Source: Enoplolaimus lenunculus
Lineage: Eukaryota
Length of the DNA stretch: 64,000 bases
Reading direction: 5' to 3'
Assembly (NCBI GenBank): GCA_030248215.1
Contig: JASANG010002574.1
Span: forward strand, 372,001-436,000
Shown here piece after piece: positions 13,576-26,300 of this stretch. The position numbers were made by a program, and so were the translations under genes. The notes below the pieces were generated by a model. The model saw only the letters and a program-made list of their open reading frames with translations. It was not told the DNA's origin and made no database searches. The stretch's first letter is position 1, and every line of letters begins with the position of its first letter.

Positions 13576-14688
13576 AACGTAGTGTTCAGCTGCAAGAGAT
13601 GGTACCAAGCGATACATAGAGCAAAATTAGCTGAGGCCTCAACTATAGGCATATCGCTATGGCAACTTTCTAAACCAGTAGATTTAATAATATATATTTA
13701 CCTTTTAGAAGACAACTATTAATATATTTGTAAATGGAACTAAATGCACCATATGGCAAATATAAGCTCAAAGCTGAGTACAAACATTTGGAATTAAAAT
13801 GATTTTCAGGATACAATGAAATTTTCAAACTGTAATTTTCAAGTATGCAAAAGTGTAAACTTTATCACCTGAGTGGTAAATGAATAACAGCAACTCGGCC
13901 CTGTAGCCAGCTCACCTTACTAGGACGCTTAATATAATTTTCAAGCGGGGCATACAAGTGTTTTCGATGACTTACAAGCATGGTTGAAAATGTTCTCGAT
14001 GGGCCACAGTTTTTCTAGGGGGGGAATTTACGTGAAAGCCTAAACCTTGTCTAAAGACTATTCCGCCCGCTGTTAAGATTTGAAAAGTTTCGAAAACTGT
14101 AACGACAAGCGTGTACAAAACCATAAATATTTAGCAACAAAAATATTTTTAATTTCCCCTATAAAAACTACAATAGTGATTTTTGCAAAAATTTATCTAT
14201 ACATCACTAGGACCATTATACATGTTCTGTTACCACTCAAGCCATGAAATAAACTAAATTCTACTTTGAAACTCAGCCAAACAGGGAGTTTTGTTTACAT
14301 TACTAAATTAATTTTGTTCCATATATAATGGCCCATGTAAAGATCAAGGGCGGAATGTTTTTCTGCGAGACTGCAATAGAATAAGCTTAAGCTATAGACT
14401 AATTTTTTGCTTGGATTAGGCTTAGGCTTAGGCTTAGGAATATGCTCATTGTTACGCTTAGGCTTAAGTTTAGACTTAGGAATATGCTTATAATACTGTT
14501 CCGCCCCTGTTCTGTACATTGGGCCCATATAATTGCCAGGTTCAAATCAACAGTACGAAATTCTATCTAGAATTTGTTCATTTCAATAAAAGTGGCTTAC
14601 GTTCAAAGATGCTTGTGCTAGGTAGTACTAGCATGTATAAGGACTTTCAACCTGCGAACGTGAAATGGGTGCGGCTCATGTGTGGGTA

Positions 14689-14939
14689 CACTGTAAAATT
14701 CAGTGAGTTGATTTTAACTCAGACTGACTCGAGTCCAGTCAGAGGCCTAAGCTCTGAATTATCCTCTTTAGACCTCAGAATTGTGAATTGAATAAACTCA
14801 TTCTGAGTTAATAGATCAACTGACCCAGAATTAAATCAGCTCAGAGTGAGTTTATGTTTACTGTTGTTAACTCAGAAATAACCATAAATAACTAATTCTC
14901 TCTCTGAGTTGATTAATCAATTCATCAGCATTTACAGTG
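14689..14939. mobile_element. MITE with TA|CACTGTAAA ... TTTACAGTG|TA ends
   Basis: Inverted termini with TA on both flanks; a partial relative lies at ~40120-40305. Confidence 0.65.
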
Positions 14940-15256
14940 TAGAAAACGCAATTCGCGTAAAAATTGTCTTTTCTAAATGAATTCCTGTTGAATACTCAGG
15001 AGTGTAATTGGAACCCAAAATCTGACGAAATCAATATATAATCTGCCCACTTTGACTCTTGGGCAACTTTCAGACATATTTGAAGTTAAGGCTTAAGCTT
15101 CACGGCTTATACAGAGGCTTATATAACCAAAAGATTAGACACGGCTACGTACGTTTTTGCTTAAGCCTAACCGCAAATTTGACGAAACGGGTACATTGAG
15201 CCGCGAGCTATTTTGCAGTAAAAATGTTTCCCAAACGATAAAAACGTCATTCTTAC

Positions 15257-15571
15257 GTTCCACTCAATCGATGATTGACGAAGCCATTTTCTGTTGCTGT
15301 ACTGCCACCGTTAATGCTTCCAGCGCCGGCTCCTGTGACGCTACCAGGCGTAGTGACGTTTCCGTTGCTAAGCAACTCGCCGGTTGCCACCGAAGAAAAT
15401 GATAAATCTTGAGACGGTTGTTGTTGATGATGATGCTGATGTCGCAATTGATGACAACTGTTTGGGCTCACTGGTGTTGTTGCTGTTGTTGGCGGTGTTG
15501 TGCCACGCAACGACCCATTGGCTACTCCTTCGAAATTTTGTTCGTTATCAGACATATTGGTAGGGGTACAT
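15257..15571 (-). CDS. Internal coding exon (105 codons) of the unidentified Ser/Thr/Gln/His-rich minus-strand gene
   Basis: Acceptor tgtttcAG at 15572 and donor AC|GTAAGA at 15256; 315 nt, phase 2-2. Encodes CTPTNMSDNEQNFEG...HQHHHQQQ...ENGFVNHRLSGT. GC-elevated and not repeated elsewhere in the window. Confidence 0.78.
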
Positions 15572-15633
15572 CTGAAACAGTAAACAGAACAAGTTTTACT
15601 AAAAATCAATTTTGATAACAAATCAATAAGTAA

Positions 15634-15896
15634 GGGTTGCAGTATACTCGCTGTGCGTTGCCGGACGCCGCCGCGCGGTATGACAAAGTTTCTTATTAAA
15701 ATTGTCGCACGCCATCAAACAGAGTATATCTATGTTTTTGTTATCAATATAAAGTGGCGCGTGCCGACGTCCGACAGCGCACGGCGGCATCCATCAAACA
15801 GAGTATATCCAGGTTTTTGTTATCAATATAAAGTGGCGCGTGCCGACGTCCGACAGCGCACGGCGGCATCTGGCACAGTAAAGTATACCGCAACCC
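15634..15896. mobile_element. PIF/Harbinger-type MITE with an internal 79-bp tandem duplication
   Basis: TAA|GGGTTGCAGTATAC ... GTATACCGCAACCC|TAA (3-bp TAA TSD). Relatives start at ~18843, 28924, 37395 and 46594. Confidence 0.75.
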
Positions 15897-16130
15897 TAAA
15901 CACATTTTACATAACGAATCTTTACGTCTGTTTAAAGTTTACAATCCCCTTTTAATTGTAAAGAATAGAATTTTCACAAATTCAATATGTAAATTAGTTT
16001 TTCCAAATATTTGATTTGAGTTATTTCGGTTTTCAAAAAACCCGGTTGCAAAAAACGGTTCTTAATATTCTAATCAAAACCTCTCTGATCACACATAGAA
16101 CACTGTATAAACGGTATCACAAGACGCCGC

Positions 16131-16374
16131 TCGACAATTCGTCGACCGACAACTTGTAATTCGAAATTTCATCGACTCGACAATTCGTCGACCGACAACT
16201 TGTAATTCGAAATTTCATCGACTCGACAATTCGTCGACCGACAACTTGTAATTCGAAATTTCATCGACTCGACAATTCGTCGACCGACAACTTGTAATTC
16301 GAAATTTCATCGACTCGACAATTTGTCGACCGACAACTTGTAATTCGAAATTTCATAGACTCGACAATTCGTCG
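16131..16374. repeat. 46-bp tandem repeat x ~5.3 inside a dispersed element
   Basis: Unit TCGACAATTCGTCGACCGACAACTTGTAATTCGAAATTTCATCGAC at 16131, 16177, 16223, 16269 and 16315; a single-unit relative lies in reverse orientation at ~10690-10870. Confidence 0.93.
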
Positions 16375-17306
16375 CTCATCATTTAATATTTTTGGCTTAC
16401 GCTAAGGCATAAGATTACGCTTAGCGTTAATACTTAGATTTATCCCCAAGCTTCAGAACACTGTCGGGCAACAAGTTGTCGGGTGACGAATTGTCGTAGA
16501 ATTCTCTTTATTTCACGTTTAAAACGTAAACGAATAAAAATGTAACAGTCATATTTCCTTACCGATTGACACCTGGCATAGTTTTGAGCAATATTTAAGT
16601 AATTAAGATTACTCTAAATTCTTATTGGTCAAATAGAAATTAGTTAAATTAATAATATAAATAGAAATCAGTTGTGTGTTAAACGTAAGCTGAGAAACGT
16701 AAACAAAACTTAAAATGAACGCACAATGCAAGTATGGTTATAGCCAAAATCGTTTTTATGGAAGGGCCATATATATCAGGGTGCAGCCGGAATTACATTT
16801 TACCGGAACCGGAATTTGAAAAATTACCGGAAACGGTAAATTAAACATATATACAACCGAAAAATTAATTTTAATTTGCTTTTTTGCTATTTTATTGATG
16901 AAATAACATTAGTTGAAGATAGTTATTCACTTAATTTGCTGTAGTTTAGATTTTCATTATCCACGGAAGCGAAATCTACCTTTGATGGTTTGTTTTCACT
17001 GATTGTAAAGGTTTATATATTGTTCTAAATAAATCTTTGTTACTTTTATCGCCATTTTTAGTATGATTTCGATGAGTTAACTTATCAATAATTGATTATA
17101 GTTTAGCTTTTACAGAACCATCAATCATCGTCAGTTTGTTCATGCGACGTTTTTGAAAATTATTACCAGCCAACAGACACCCTAAATCAATGTTATATTT
17201 GTCAATACAAATAAATCCGTACAGTCACAAAAGTTCTAGTTCTGATTTCGATTGCGATTATAATTCTGTTATAAATTTGCTGTTCCGATTCGGATTCGAA
17301 TATAAT

Positions 17307-17857
17307 GGTTACTGTGCGTGTATATAGCAAAAATTGAACGCCATGGGGGTGGGAAAATATACATGAACAACTCCAGGTTACTGTGCGTGTATATAGCAAA
17401 AATTGAACGCCATGGGGGTGGGAAAATATACATGAACAACTCCAGGTTACTGTGCGTGTATATAGCAAAAATTGAACGCCATGGGGGTGGGAAAATATAC
17501 ATGAACAACTCCAGGTTACTGTGCGTGTATATAGCAAAAATTGAACGCCATGGGGGTGGGAAAATATACATGAACAACTCCAGGTTACTGTGCGTGTATA
17601 TAGCAAAAATTGAACGCCATGGGGGTGGGAAAATATACATGAACAACTCCAGGTTACTGTGCGTGTATATAGCAAAAATTGAACGCCATGGGGGTGGGAA
17701 AATATACATGAACAACTCCAGGTTACTGTGCGTGTATATAGCAAAAATTGAACGCCATGGGGGTGGGAAAATATACATGAACAACTCCAGGTTACTGTGC
17801 GTGTATATAGCAAAAATTGAACGCCATGGGGGTGGGAAAAAATACATTAACAACTCG
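17307..17857. repeat. 69-bp tandem repeat x 8, essentially identical units
   Basis: Unit GGTTACTGTGCGTGTATATAGCAAAAATTGAACGCCATGGGGGTGGGAAAATATACATGAACAACTCCA; explains the 23-aa periodic ORFs at 17202-17875. Confidence 0.97.
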
Positions 17858-19561
17858 AGCTCTCTAATAACATAATTTGCTGACTAAAAAATTTATATTT
17901 TAACTGCATCAGACACGTAAAAAAATATAACGCACAATATGACGTGACTCAGTTGAATACAGCATAAAATTATCAACGCCCCACTGGCGAATCGATTACG
18001 TGGGGGGGCACCTTAGCGTAGACCCTCATCAACACGGATGAACTACAAGAATTTGTATTCAGGTTTAGCACTAAAATTGCGTTTCGTTTCTCGTTCGCTT
18101 CGCTCGCGAGTTTTTCCGACTACTGTGTATATCTCACGCTGTACGTATTTTCAAAAAAATGCCGCAACTTCAACATCCTACAGCGTTAGCGCAATTGTAA
18201 CAGGATTCAGTCACACAAGTATCCATCGTAGAATATTTCAAAAGGAGAAAAAAATAACAAAGTTCCATTTACATTTGTCGATGAGTACAAAAAATATACG
18301 AAAAGTGCAGTTTTTTTTGACTAAAAATTAAAACGAAATTTTGTAAAAAAAACTTTTTTCTTTGGAAAATAATGAAAATTGAGAAAATTGAAAATCTGAA
18401 AATATTTGACGAACACAGATTTTTTCGGTAAAAAGCAAAACTTCAAATGAAAACAAATTTGAAACGAAACGTTTGGTTTAAAATAATTATATTCTTAAAT
18501 TATGCAGTTTTGACTTTAATGCCGTAGTTGTTTGCAACACAAATTTTAATTTTGCCAAATAATCAAAATAGTTGCTCGAAGAAGTCTATGCTATTATTTT
18601 GAGCTAATAGTGGTAACTTTAAAATGGGACAGGTTGCAACTCCAGAGACTGCCAATTTTTCAAAAAATTTTGAAAACCAACTTAAGCCAGAGGTCAACTT
18701 CATGTTTCTGCAACCAAGTCATTAACAGTCTTATCCCGGAGTGCACTTAAAAATCAACCTGCCACACATCTTAAAAACATCTTCATTTCATATCGCATCC
18801 CCAGGCGTCGATATACAGAAAACTGTCATATTCAACACAGTTAGGGTGACGCTATACCTTTGATGACGTCCGGCGTCATACGTCATCGTACGTCATCGTG
18901 CAATATCCTACGTGAATTACTTACGTACGATACCGTATGGTGACGGACGGTGCCGTACGACAAGTACACCGGCTCCATAATAGTGAGTATTGTTCCGTTT
19001 TCATGTTCGTAGCCAACTAACCTTGCTGGGTGGGTTGGGCTAAAATTGTTTACTAGGCGCATACAAGGATTTCAATTGACCTACAAACAGGTTGAAAGTT
19101 TCCTATGGGCCCAAAATTTTGTCACGGGGTACGCCCCCTGCGTTTCTCCTACTACAAGCCCGACGGTACTCACAAAAGCTTGTGTGAATTTTGTTCTACT
19201 CAAACATTTGACTCATTTAGTGGACTCGACATTTTCAGTTCATCAACCCCACATATAATAGACGTAATTGTATAATATAGTAAAAACAAACTAAACACAC
19301 GAAGGTTTTTTTGGAAGAAACAGGGGTGTCATTAAAGTTCAAAATTGTATCAGTTTTGGGATAAAGCCGAAACCAAAAGCCGAATCCGAACCTCAATTTT
19401 TGCCGAATCCGAATCAGAATCCGAACCTACAACAGGTACGCAACTTATTTCTAAAATTTTTTGTTGCTTTGCGAAGAATGTCACTGTAAAAACAAACGTA
19501 AAAACCAAACAATATGTCTAATACATGCCATCCATCACTCTATAAAGATAGCAATATATAT

Positions 19562-19971
19562 CAGGGTGCAACCGAAATTCCAGTCCCGGTTCCGGCATTT
19601 TCTCAACTTCCGGTTCCGGTAAAATTTTACTGGAATTAAAAATTCCGGTATGAAAATTTGGTCGGTGGAAACTAAGATATTTTGCTAAAAAATGACAATA
19701 AAAAATTAAACAGATTTCATTAGTATATTTATGCAAACCTTGTCACATTCGCCAAAAATAAGCCATCGAAGGTAGATTTCGCGTCCGTGGATTATGAAAA
19801 TGAAAATACAGCAGATAAAGTGTATATATACCTATATCCAACTAGTGTTATTTCACTAATAATATTGCAAAAAAGAAATTAAAATGAATTTTTCGGCGGC
19901 ATGTATTGTTCATTTTTCGTTCCGTTTCCGGTAATTTTTTCAAATTCCATTGCAATTCCGGTTGCACTCTT
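19562..19971. mobile_element. CAGGGTGCA(A/G)CCGG-ended MITE family with (CCGGAA/TTCCGG) subterminal motifs, representative copy
   Basis: Inverted termini embedded in ATAT-rich flanks. Relatives at ~12595-13122, 16777 onward, 42985-43762, ~51168-51644, 53119-53662 (with an internal ~152-bp tandem duplication) and 53746 onward. Confidence 0.75.
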
Positions 19972-22632
19972 ATATATAATATATACATACATATATATAA
20001 ATATATAATATATAATATATATATGTTATATATATATGTATATATATATTCATTTTGGCGCCCGTTTGTTTATAAAAGCATGGAAAACAAATACGTTTTT
20101 GACATTTCTGGTTCAATTGCCAGGTTTATAAAGCCAAAATAGACCGCCGGCAAAACAAGAAATATAACATATAAATTGATCAATTTAATGAACCAGAACC
20201 TATGTTTTCAATATGGTTATATGATATTGAACAAAACCTAAATTGTACGCCTGGCTTCCGGTAGCGTTTGTGTGAGAGAAAAAAATCGTAAAATTTATAA
20301 ATCGATAAGTGGAAAAATGGTCAAAATTTATAACAAAAGCCTCGGACCATGGCCGATATTCTCAAACGTGTATAGCAACTAGTATCAAATGCCAACTTCT
20401 TACGGTTTATAAACATTTTAATATTTTCAAATGTACCCATTGCTTCAGTGGACAGGACTTTATTGCTGAATTCAAAAATGTTATTATTAATTTTTTTAAT
20501 TTTATAATATCAAAATTTTTGATATTTTCTTTTTATTTTTGTAATTTTTTTATAAAATTTTGATTTACTGTGGGTGTCAAAAAATTTTCTTAAAAATAAA
20601 GAGTAACGGTTGCACTATACTTGTCATGGGTCGTCATTCGCTGTCATGCGTCATGTTTTAAAATACAGGGCGTGGGCGCAACAGGACGAATCCGGGTGAT
20701 ATATCGGGTCAATAGCCAGAGCAATGGCCCGGTAGGGCGCAACCCACCTGGAAGTATTTCAGCCCCCCAAGCAGCTTATTTTCAACCATGTTTGTGAGTG
20801 ATATAAAACCTTTATATGCGCACCTTGAAAAATGTTCAATCCCCATCTAGCAAGGCGAGCTGGCTACTGGCCTGTGATATGTTCCATTGCGAAATTTTAC
20901 GCAGCAAGAAACCGGAATCTTCAACAGGTTATCGAGTAACCTTATGGATCTTAGCCGCCATCGGATTGGTCCGTTACATGAAGTTTGACCGTTTCGAGCA
21001 CAAGGACGTTTTGCTTTATTTCGACGCAGAGATTGTGGGTGGCAACACACAGCTGAAGTTTTCTGTGCCCCCCCCCCTAACTTGTAACTGCTACAGCAAA
21101 TTGAATGCAAGTAGGTACAGTTTCATTACGTTCTGAATCAACCGTCGGTACCTAATACTGAAATAGGTTTCAATCAGGTTCACCTACGTTTCCATAGAGC
21201 AATTAGCTTAATTGCAACCTGAAATTACGCTATTTTAAGCTACGTTCAGGTAAAAATTGACCGGTTTATGACATACAGCCATATATCTGCAGCACCAAAG
21301 ACAACAACATTCGAACTGAAAACGACTGAAAACAAGTAGAATTGCGGTCATTATTTTTGATCCGGTTTGAAAAGTGAACCGCGACAACCCGGAAGTTAGT
21401 GCAGTACGGTCGGTAGCCAAGGGGAGGGGCCAGAGGGGCTCTGCCCCCCTACCCCCCTAAAACATTTGCCCCAGTGAAAAATTTTCAACCTTGCATGTAA
21501 GTTGTTAAAAAAACCCTTGTGTACCTCTGCTATAAATTTTTTAACTCTCTACTAGCAAGGTGAGCTGGCTACTGGCCTGAATACTGGTGGTTGAACGCCG
21601 AAGAAAAGCTGTTTTTATAACTTTCCGTATGGTTATGTGCTCGCTAATAGTTCCGAAGTCGTCCGTATTAATTGTAGAGAAGTGGTTACTGTAGGGGGCG
21701 CAGAGCACCTCAAAAATATTAAATTAGGTTCAGGTCCGTAGCCAGGTAAACGTTGTCATCCCACTCTCAGTCGCAAACACTCTACAGTTCTCAATACCAC
21801 CCCTCAAACTGTTGGTTATACTCAAATTATCAAATTATCATCATTTTTAAAATGTTCAAAGTCTAAAGATTGAAATTTTAGTAAAAAAAAGTATAAAAAA
21901 TTGTAAACGAATGAACGTGCAAAATTTACTTAAAATAACGAAAAAAAAACTATTTTATCCGCCAGTGTTGAAATGTATAATTTGTTTAGATGAGTTAGTC
22001 ACAAACGATGACGACATCTAAACACGCCTTTAGCCAGATTACCTTGCTACGGTGGCTAAAAATTTTTCAAGAGGTGCATACAAAGGTTTTCGATGACTTA
22101 CAAGCAAGGTTAAAAACATTTTTAGGGGCCCATACATTTCCAGGGTAGGCTGAGCCTGCCTGGCTCTCTTTGCCTATAGACCCGCATCAAAACTTAAAGT
22201 CAGGCTGACTCGATAGGGCGAAGCAAACACCGCGATTGAAGCGAACAACAAACAAGCGACGAATTTAGTATGAAATTGCAAGGCGAAAATTTTAGTCCCG
22301 CTTGGTACCCAGTTCAAAGGTTAACCTTTTATTATACCATAAGGTAATTAGCAAACGAAGCAAACAAGAAACCAGATGCATGTTTTTGTACTCAGAAACC
22401 TCAAACAAATTTACTTTTGAATCCATTGCAGCTTACAACATTGATTTTGTGTTTCGGCCCTGGAACCTTTTTAAGTCGATGCCCCGATCAGAAAATTCGT
22501 GAGGGGTGGCGTTAAGCGCAACCCCGGCCGACATCAAAACAAAAACTGTTACAGCAAATGTTTAAGAGCTCAAATTTCATGTTGTTGACACTCAGTTTAG
22601 CAACAAATTTGTCTCCAGACAGCTTAATACCA

Positions 22633-22822
22633 GCAGTGGCGGATCCAAAAATTTCTGACTGGGGGGGCTGGATGTCAAAAGTTGTGAAATGCAATTTTTA
22701 CTGTATGCTGTGCTATTTCACTGAGGGACAATTATTGCAAACTAGAGGAAACATTACCATTTTATCACAAAAATTCTCTAACGCGGGGTGTACGTTTGCC
22801 CACCTACTCTTGATCCGGTAGT
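22633..22822. mobile_element. C(AG/TA)TGGCGGATCC-ended MITE family, representative copy
   Basis: Shared core AAAAGTTATGAAACGCAATTTTTACTGTATGCT...TTACCATTTTATCACAAAAA also at ~8325, 11290, 27625 (inverted) and 40540; related ends at ~23680, 28440 and 42040. Confidence 0.6.
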
Positions 22823-23031
22823 GACCAGTGGTTATCATCACCTCATTAGCTTCTTCGTAGGACTCAAATAAAAAGGTCTTAACTTCATTCGCCGACTCGC
22901 ATAAACTCAGACCGCAGGACAATACCATATGCATCGAAAAACGGTTTGGTTACACATTTTCTCAAGACAAATTGTGTCAAGTATAAAATATAAAATTTAA
23001 TCCACGAATAATTGATTTTCCAAATACAACG

Positions 23032-23045
23032 TTATTATTGTTTTA

Positions 23046-23091
<46 letters not shown>

Positions 23092-23319
23092 CAATATTAT
23101 TATTATTATTATTATTATCAATATTATTACTAATATTATTATTATTACTATTACTATTATTACTATTAGTATTATTGTTATTATTACTATTATTGTTATT
23201 ATTATTGTTCTTACCAATATTATTATTATTATTCTTATTACTATTATTATTATTATTTTTATTTTTATTATTATTGTTATTATTGTTATCATTATTATTC
23301 CAAAATAACAGTGAATCAC
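23032..23319. repeat. (ATT)n microsatellite
   Basis: Directly visible; explains the poly-I, poly-N and poly-L ORFs. Confidence 0.97.
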
Positions 23320-26300
23320 TGAACAATTATGCCAAAAGTATTGCAATGATAAAGTAAATTTTGATATACCTAAAAAATTATTCAAAATACTGAAATTAAG
23401 TATAATTGCATCTTATATTACGAAATACATATGAACTAAAAAAATAAACGCCTCTCGTCAACAAAAAAACATTTTCACTAAACTTGACTTGAACTCAATG
23501 GCCGTTCAAACAAAATAAAACGAAAACATTAAATCAAATTCAAAATTTCGCTGATCTTCTATTTTAACGTTGTGTTTACGCTTTACTTTGAAAATGTTGT
23601 TGACAATTGGTCCAGTTTCTGTAATGTTGTTTTTGTACGAAAATTTCCAACTACGGGAGACGAATTTGTAAATTTCTGACGGTGCGGGAGTGGGTGAGCA
23701 AATGTTATGAAACGCAAAAATTGTAAGGTAGGAACCGTATCTGTGTATCACCAAATAATATCTGAGGGTAGAAATTGTAAGGTTTTTTATTACAAAACAT
23801 TTTGTGACGGTAAAAATTGTATTTTATACAAAAACATTTCTGTGGATAAATTGTCAGGGACAAGGTACGTTACCAGTTTATCACAAAAAAATGTCGACAA
23901 AGGGTACGCCCCGCCCGCCCCCTGCGGACCCGCTAGTGTCCAACTAGTCCGATTCTAGCACTAGTTTACTTCCGAACTATTGTCGAAACGAAGTTTCCTC
24001 GTGACTAAAGTTTGGAAGTAAAAGTCTCGCAAACTTTGTATGTCTCATCAGTGCCGGAGCAGGCCACGGTGGGTGGCACACAAATATTCCAGGGTGGCGG
24101 TCCCTTGCGATGATCAAATTTTTTTGTTAGGGTGCGGGTTCCTGTTAGTGGTGGGGGCCCCTCAAATGCGAGACATGGGGGGTGGCTGCTCCGACCCTGG
24201 CACCTTATATACTTTACGTTGCGAAACACGTATAGCTCAAATTCAAAGTATTAAACACGTTGTATTGAAAGCCATGTTTGCTTTGTCAATTCTATTTGAA
24301 ACAATTTCATAGTCAGCTTGAAATATAATATGACCGGTTCGACTGAAACATTGGTTAGCAATATGTATGTGGGGGTCCAACAGTGAATGTTTTAAATAAA
24401 CTGGTGGACGTCAGACAGCCAGGGTAGGGTGGCACCGAATCCACAACTTGAGCCAATCCGAATCCAATGATAATTTGGCAAAATCGCAATCCGAATCTCG
24501 CATGTTGCAAATAATTTCAGTGATATCCATAATTTTTGTTACAGAATATCACCGCAATGCTAGCCGCATAACTTTTTAAAACGTGAATATATTTCGTGCC
24601 CGACCTCAGTTTTGAGATTTGCGACCTGAAACAAAATTTTTTTTATTAATATAACAATTTATTTAAAATTTTTAATTGTTTAAAACTGAAAAAAACATAC
24701 TGCCGAAAACTGAACATTCTTAGATTCGGCTTTTTACAACCGAATTCGAACCACAATTTTTTTCGAATCTCAACCACAAATTTTTGCTAAATCCGAATCC
24801 AAATCATAAACCTTTGCTGCCACACTGCCTACAACGGCAAATGTTCCATTTCTGAAGTAATATTTTTCCAGTGGGCTCAGCTCCCCAGGCCGTTCTCTAG
24901 ACGTAATTTTCTGGTTTCAAGTGTATTTTACGTTATACTTTGCCAGATGACAAATATTTTTACAAACCATTTATTGATCATCGCAAAATTGAAATTTATA
25001 TTCGATATTTTTCAACCAGTTTTGGTCGTAAAATTTTCGGAAACGAATCCGAAAAAATGTATAAACAATTTTCAACGTCAATAGTAATCGCGTGACGTAT
25101 GCTTTACGTCACAATGATGACATCATCAGTGAAAAACGCTGTTTGAGCCAGTTTTCAATGTGTTTTTAGCCTTTCAGCCCTGAACAAACACTCAATGGCA
25201 AACCAGAATTTATCTAGTAACAAAGTATTCGACGTGTAAAAACAAATATTTTGGTTCAAAATTTATATAAAATTCCTACCATGAAACCATTTCTGAAAAT
25301 AGACTAAAAACACCTTTAAAACACTTATAGAATGTAACCCGGATATAAGACACCCGGATGTAAGAAAAATCCGGATATGAGAGATTTTTTTCTGGTCCCG
25401 TCCTCTTCTATATTATACAGAGTTCGTTTTGAGTGACAATCGGGCTAGTAACCAAGAGGGTGCTGGGGGGTGGGGGGCTCAGCCCCCTGAAACAATTTTG
25501 ATCCCCTAGAAAGTTTGCAACCTTGCTTGTAAGTCAACGAAAACCCTTGTATGCGTATCCTGAAAATTTTTTAGCCCCCTCTAGCAAAATGAGCTGGTCG
25601 TCAACCAAAGGATTGTTAACGAGAGTTAAGTGCTATGACAAATTGAGTGATTAAGTCATTTATTTGGACAGCACTTTTAGTTTACCTAAAAAGTAATTTT
25701 AGACTAAATTGTTTGCGAACACTGGTTGAAAATCTATTTTTGTCTGTGTTGTTATGTCTATAACTGTAAAAACATCTAGTGTTCTATACGTAAACAGCGT
25801 TTTATATCAAGTGTTCCCGTATTTAAATAGACAAACCCGGATATAAAGAGAACCCCGGATATTAGAGACTTTATCTCCGGTCCCGACAACTCTCTCATAT
25901 CCGGGTTACCGTAACTCGCTCGCAGTACAGGGTTGGTGGCTCACCGCAAACTGCATGGTGGGAGCCCCAATACCCGCGAGCGAAAAACCCGACGCATTTT
26001 AAAACTTGTCAAAGCACATAGAAAATTAGTTGTGCTGAGTTTCAGGGCGAAACCACTAAACCCGTGTAAAATTTATGAGATATCAGAACAAAAATTTGCA
26101 TTCCAAGTTTGATTTTAACCCTGAAAAAATACGCTCGGAAACCGGTGGGAGAAAATGCATCCCCCCATCCCTCCGTGGGCCCATGTTACTTTAAAGGGCC
26201 GTCCAGGTTTCTGATGGGTTCATAAAAGAGTAGGTTTAGATTCTAGATTTCTTTATTTTTGCTTAGGCTTAGGCTTAGGCATAGACTTAGGAACACATTT

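Noticed and set aside
17202..17875. 185-203 aa repeat proteins
   Set aside because: They are translations of a perfect 69-bp tandem repeat, open on both strands, with no synonymous variation between units.
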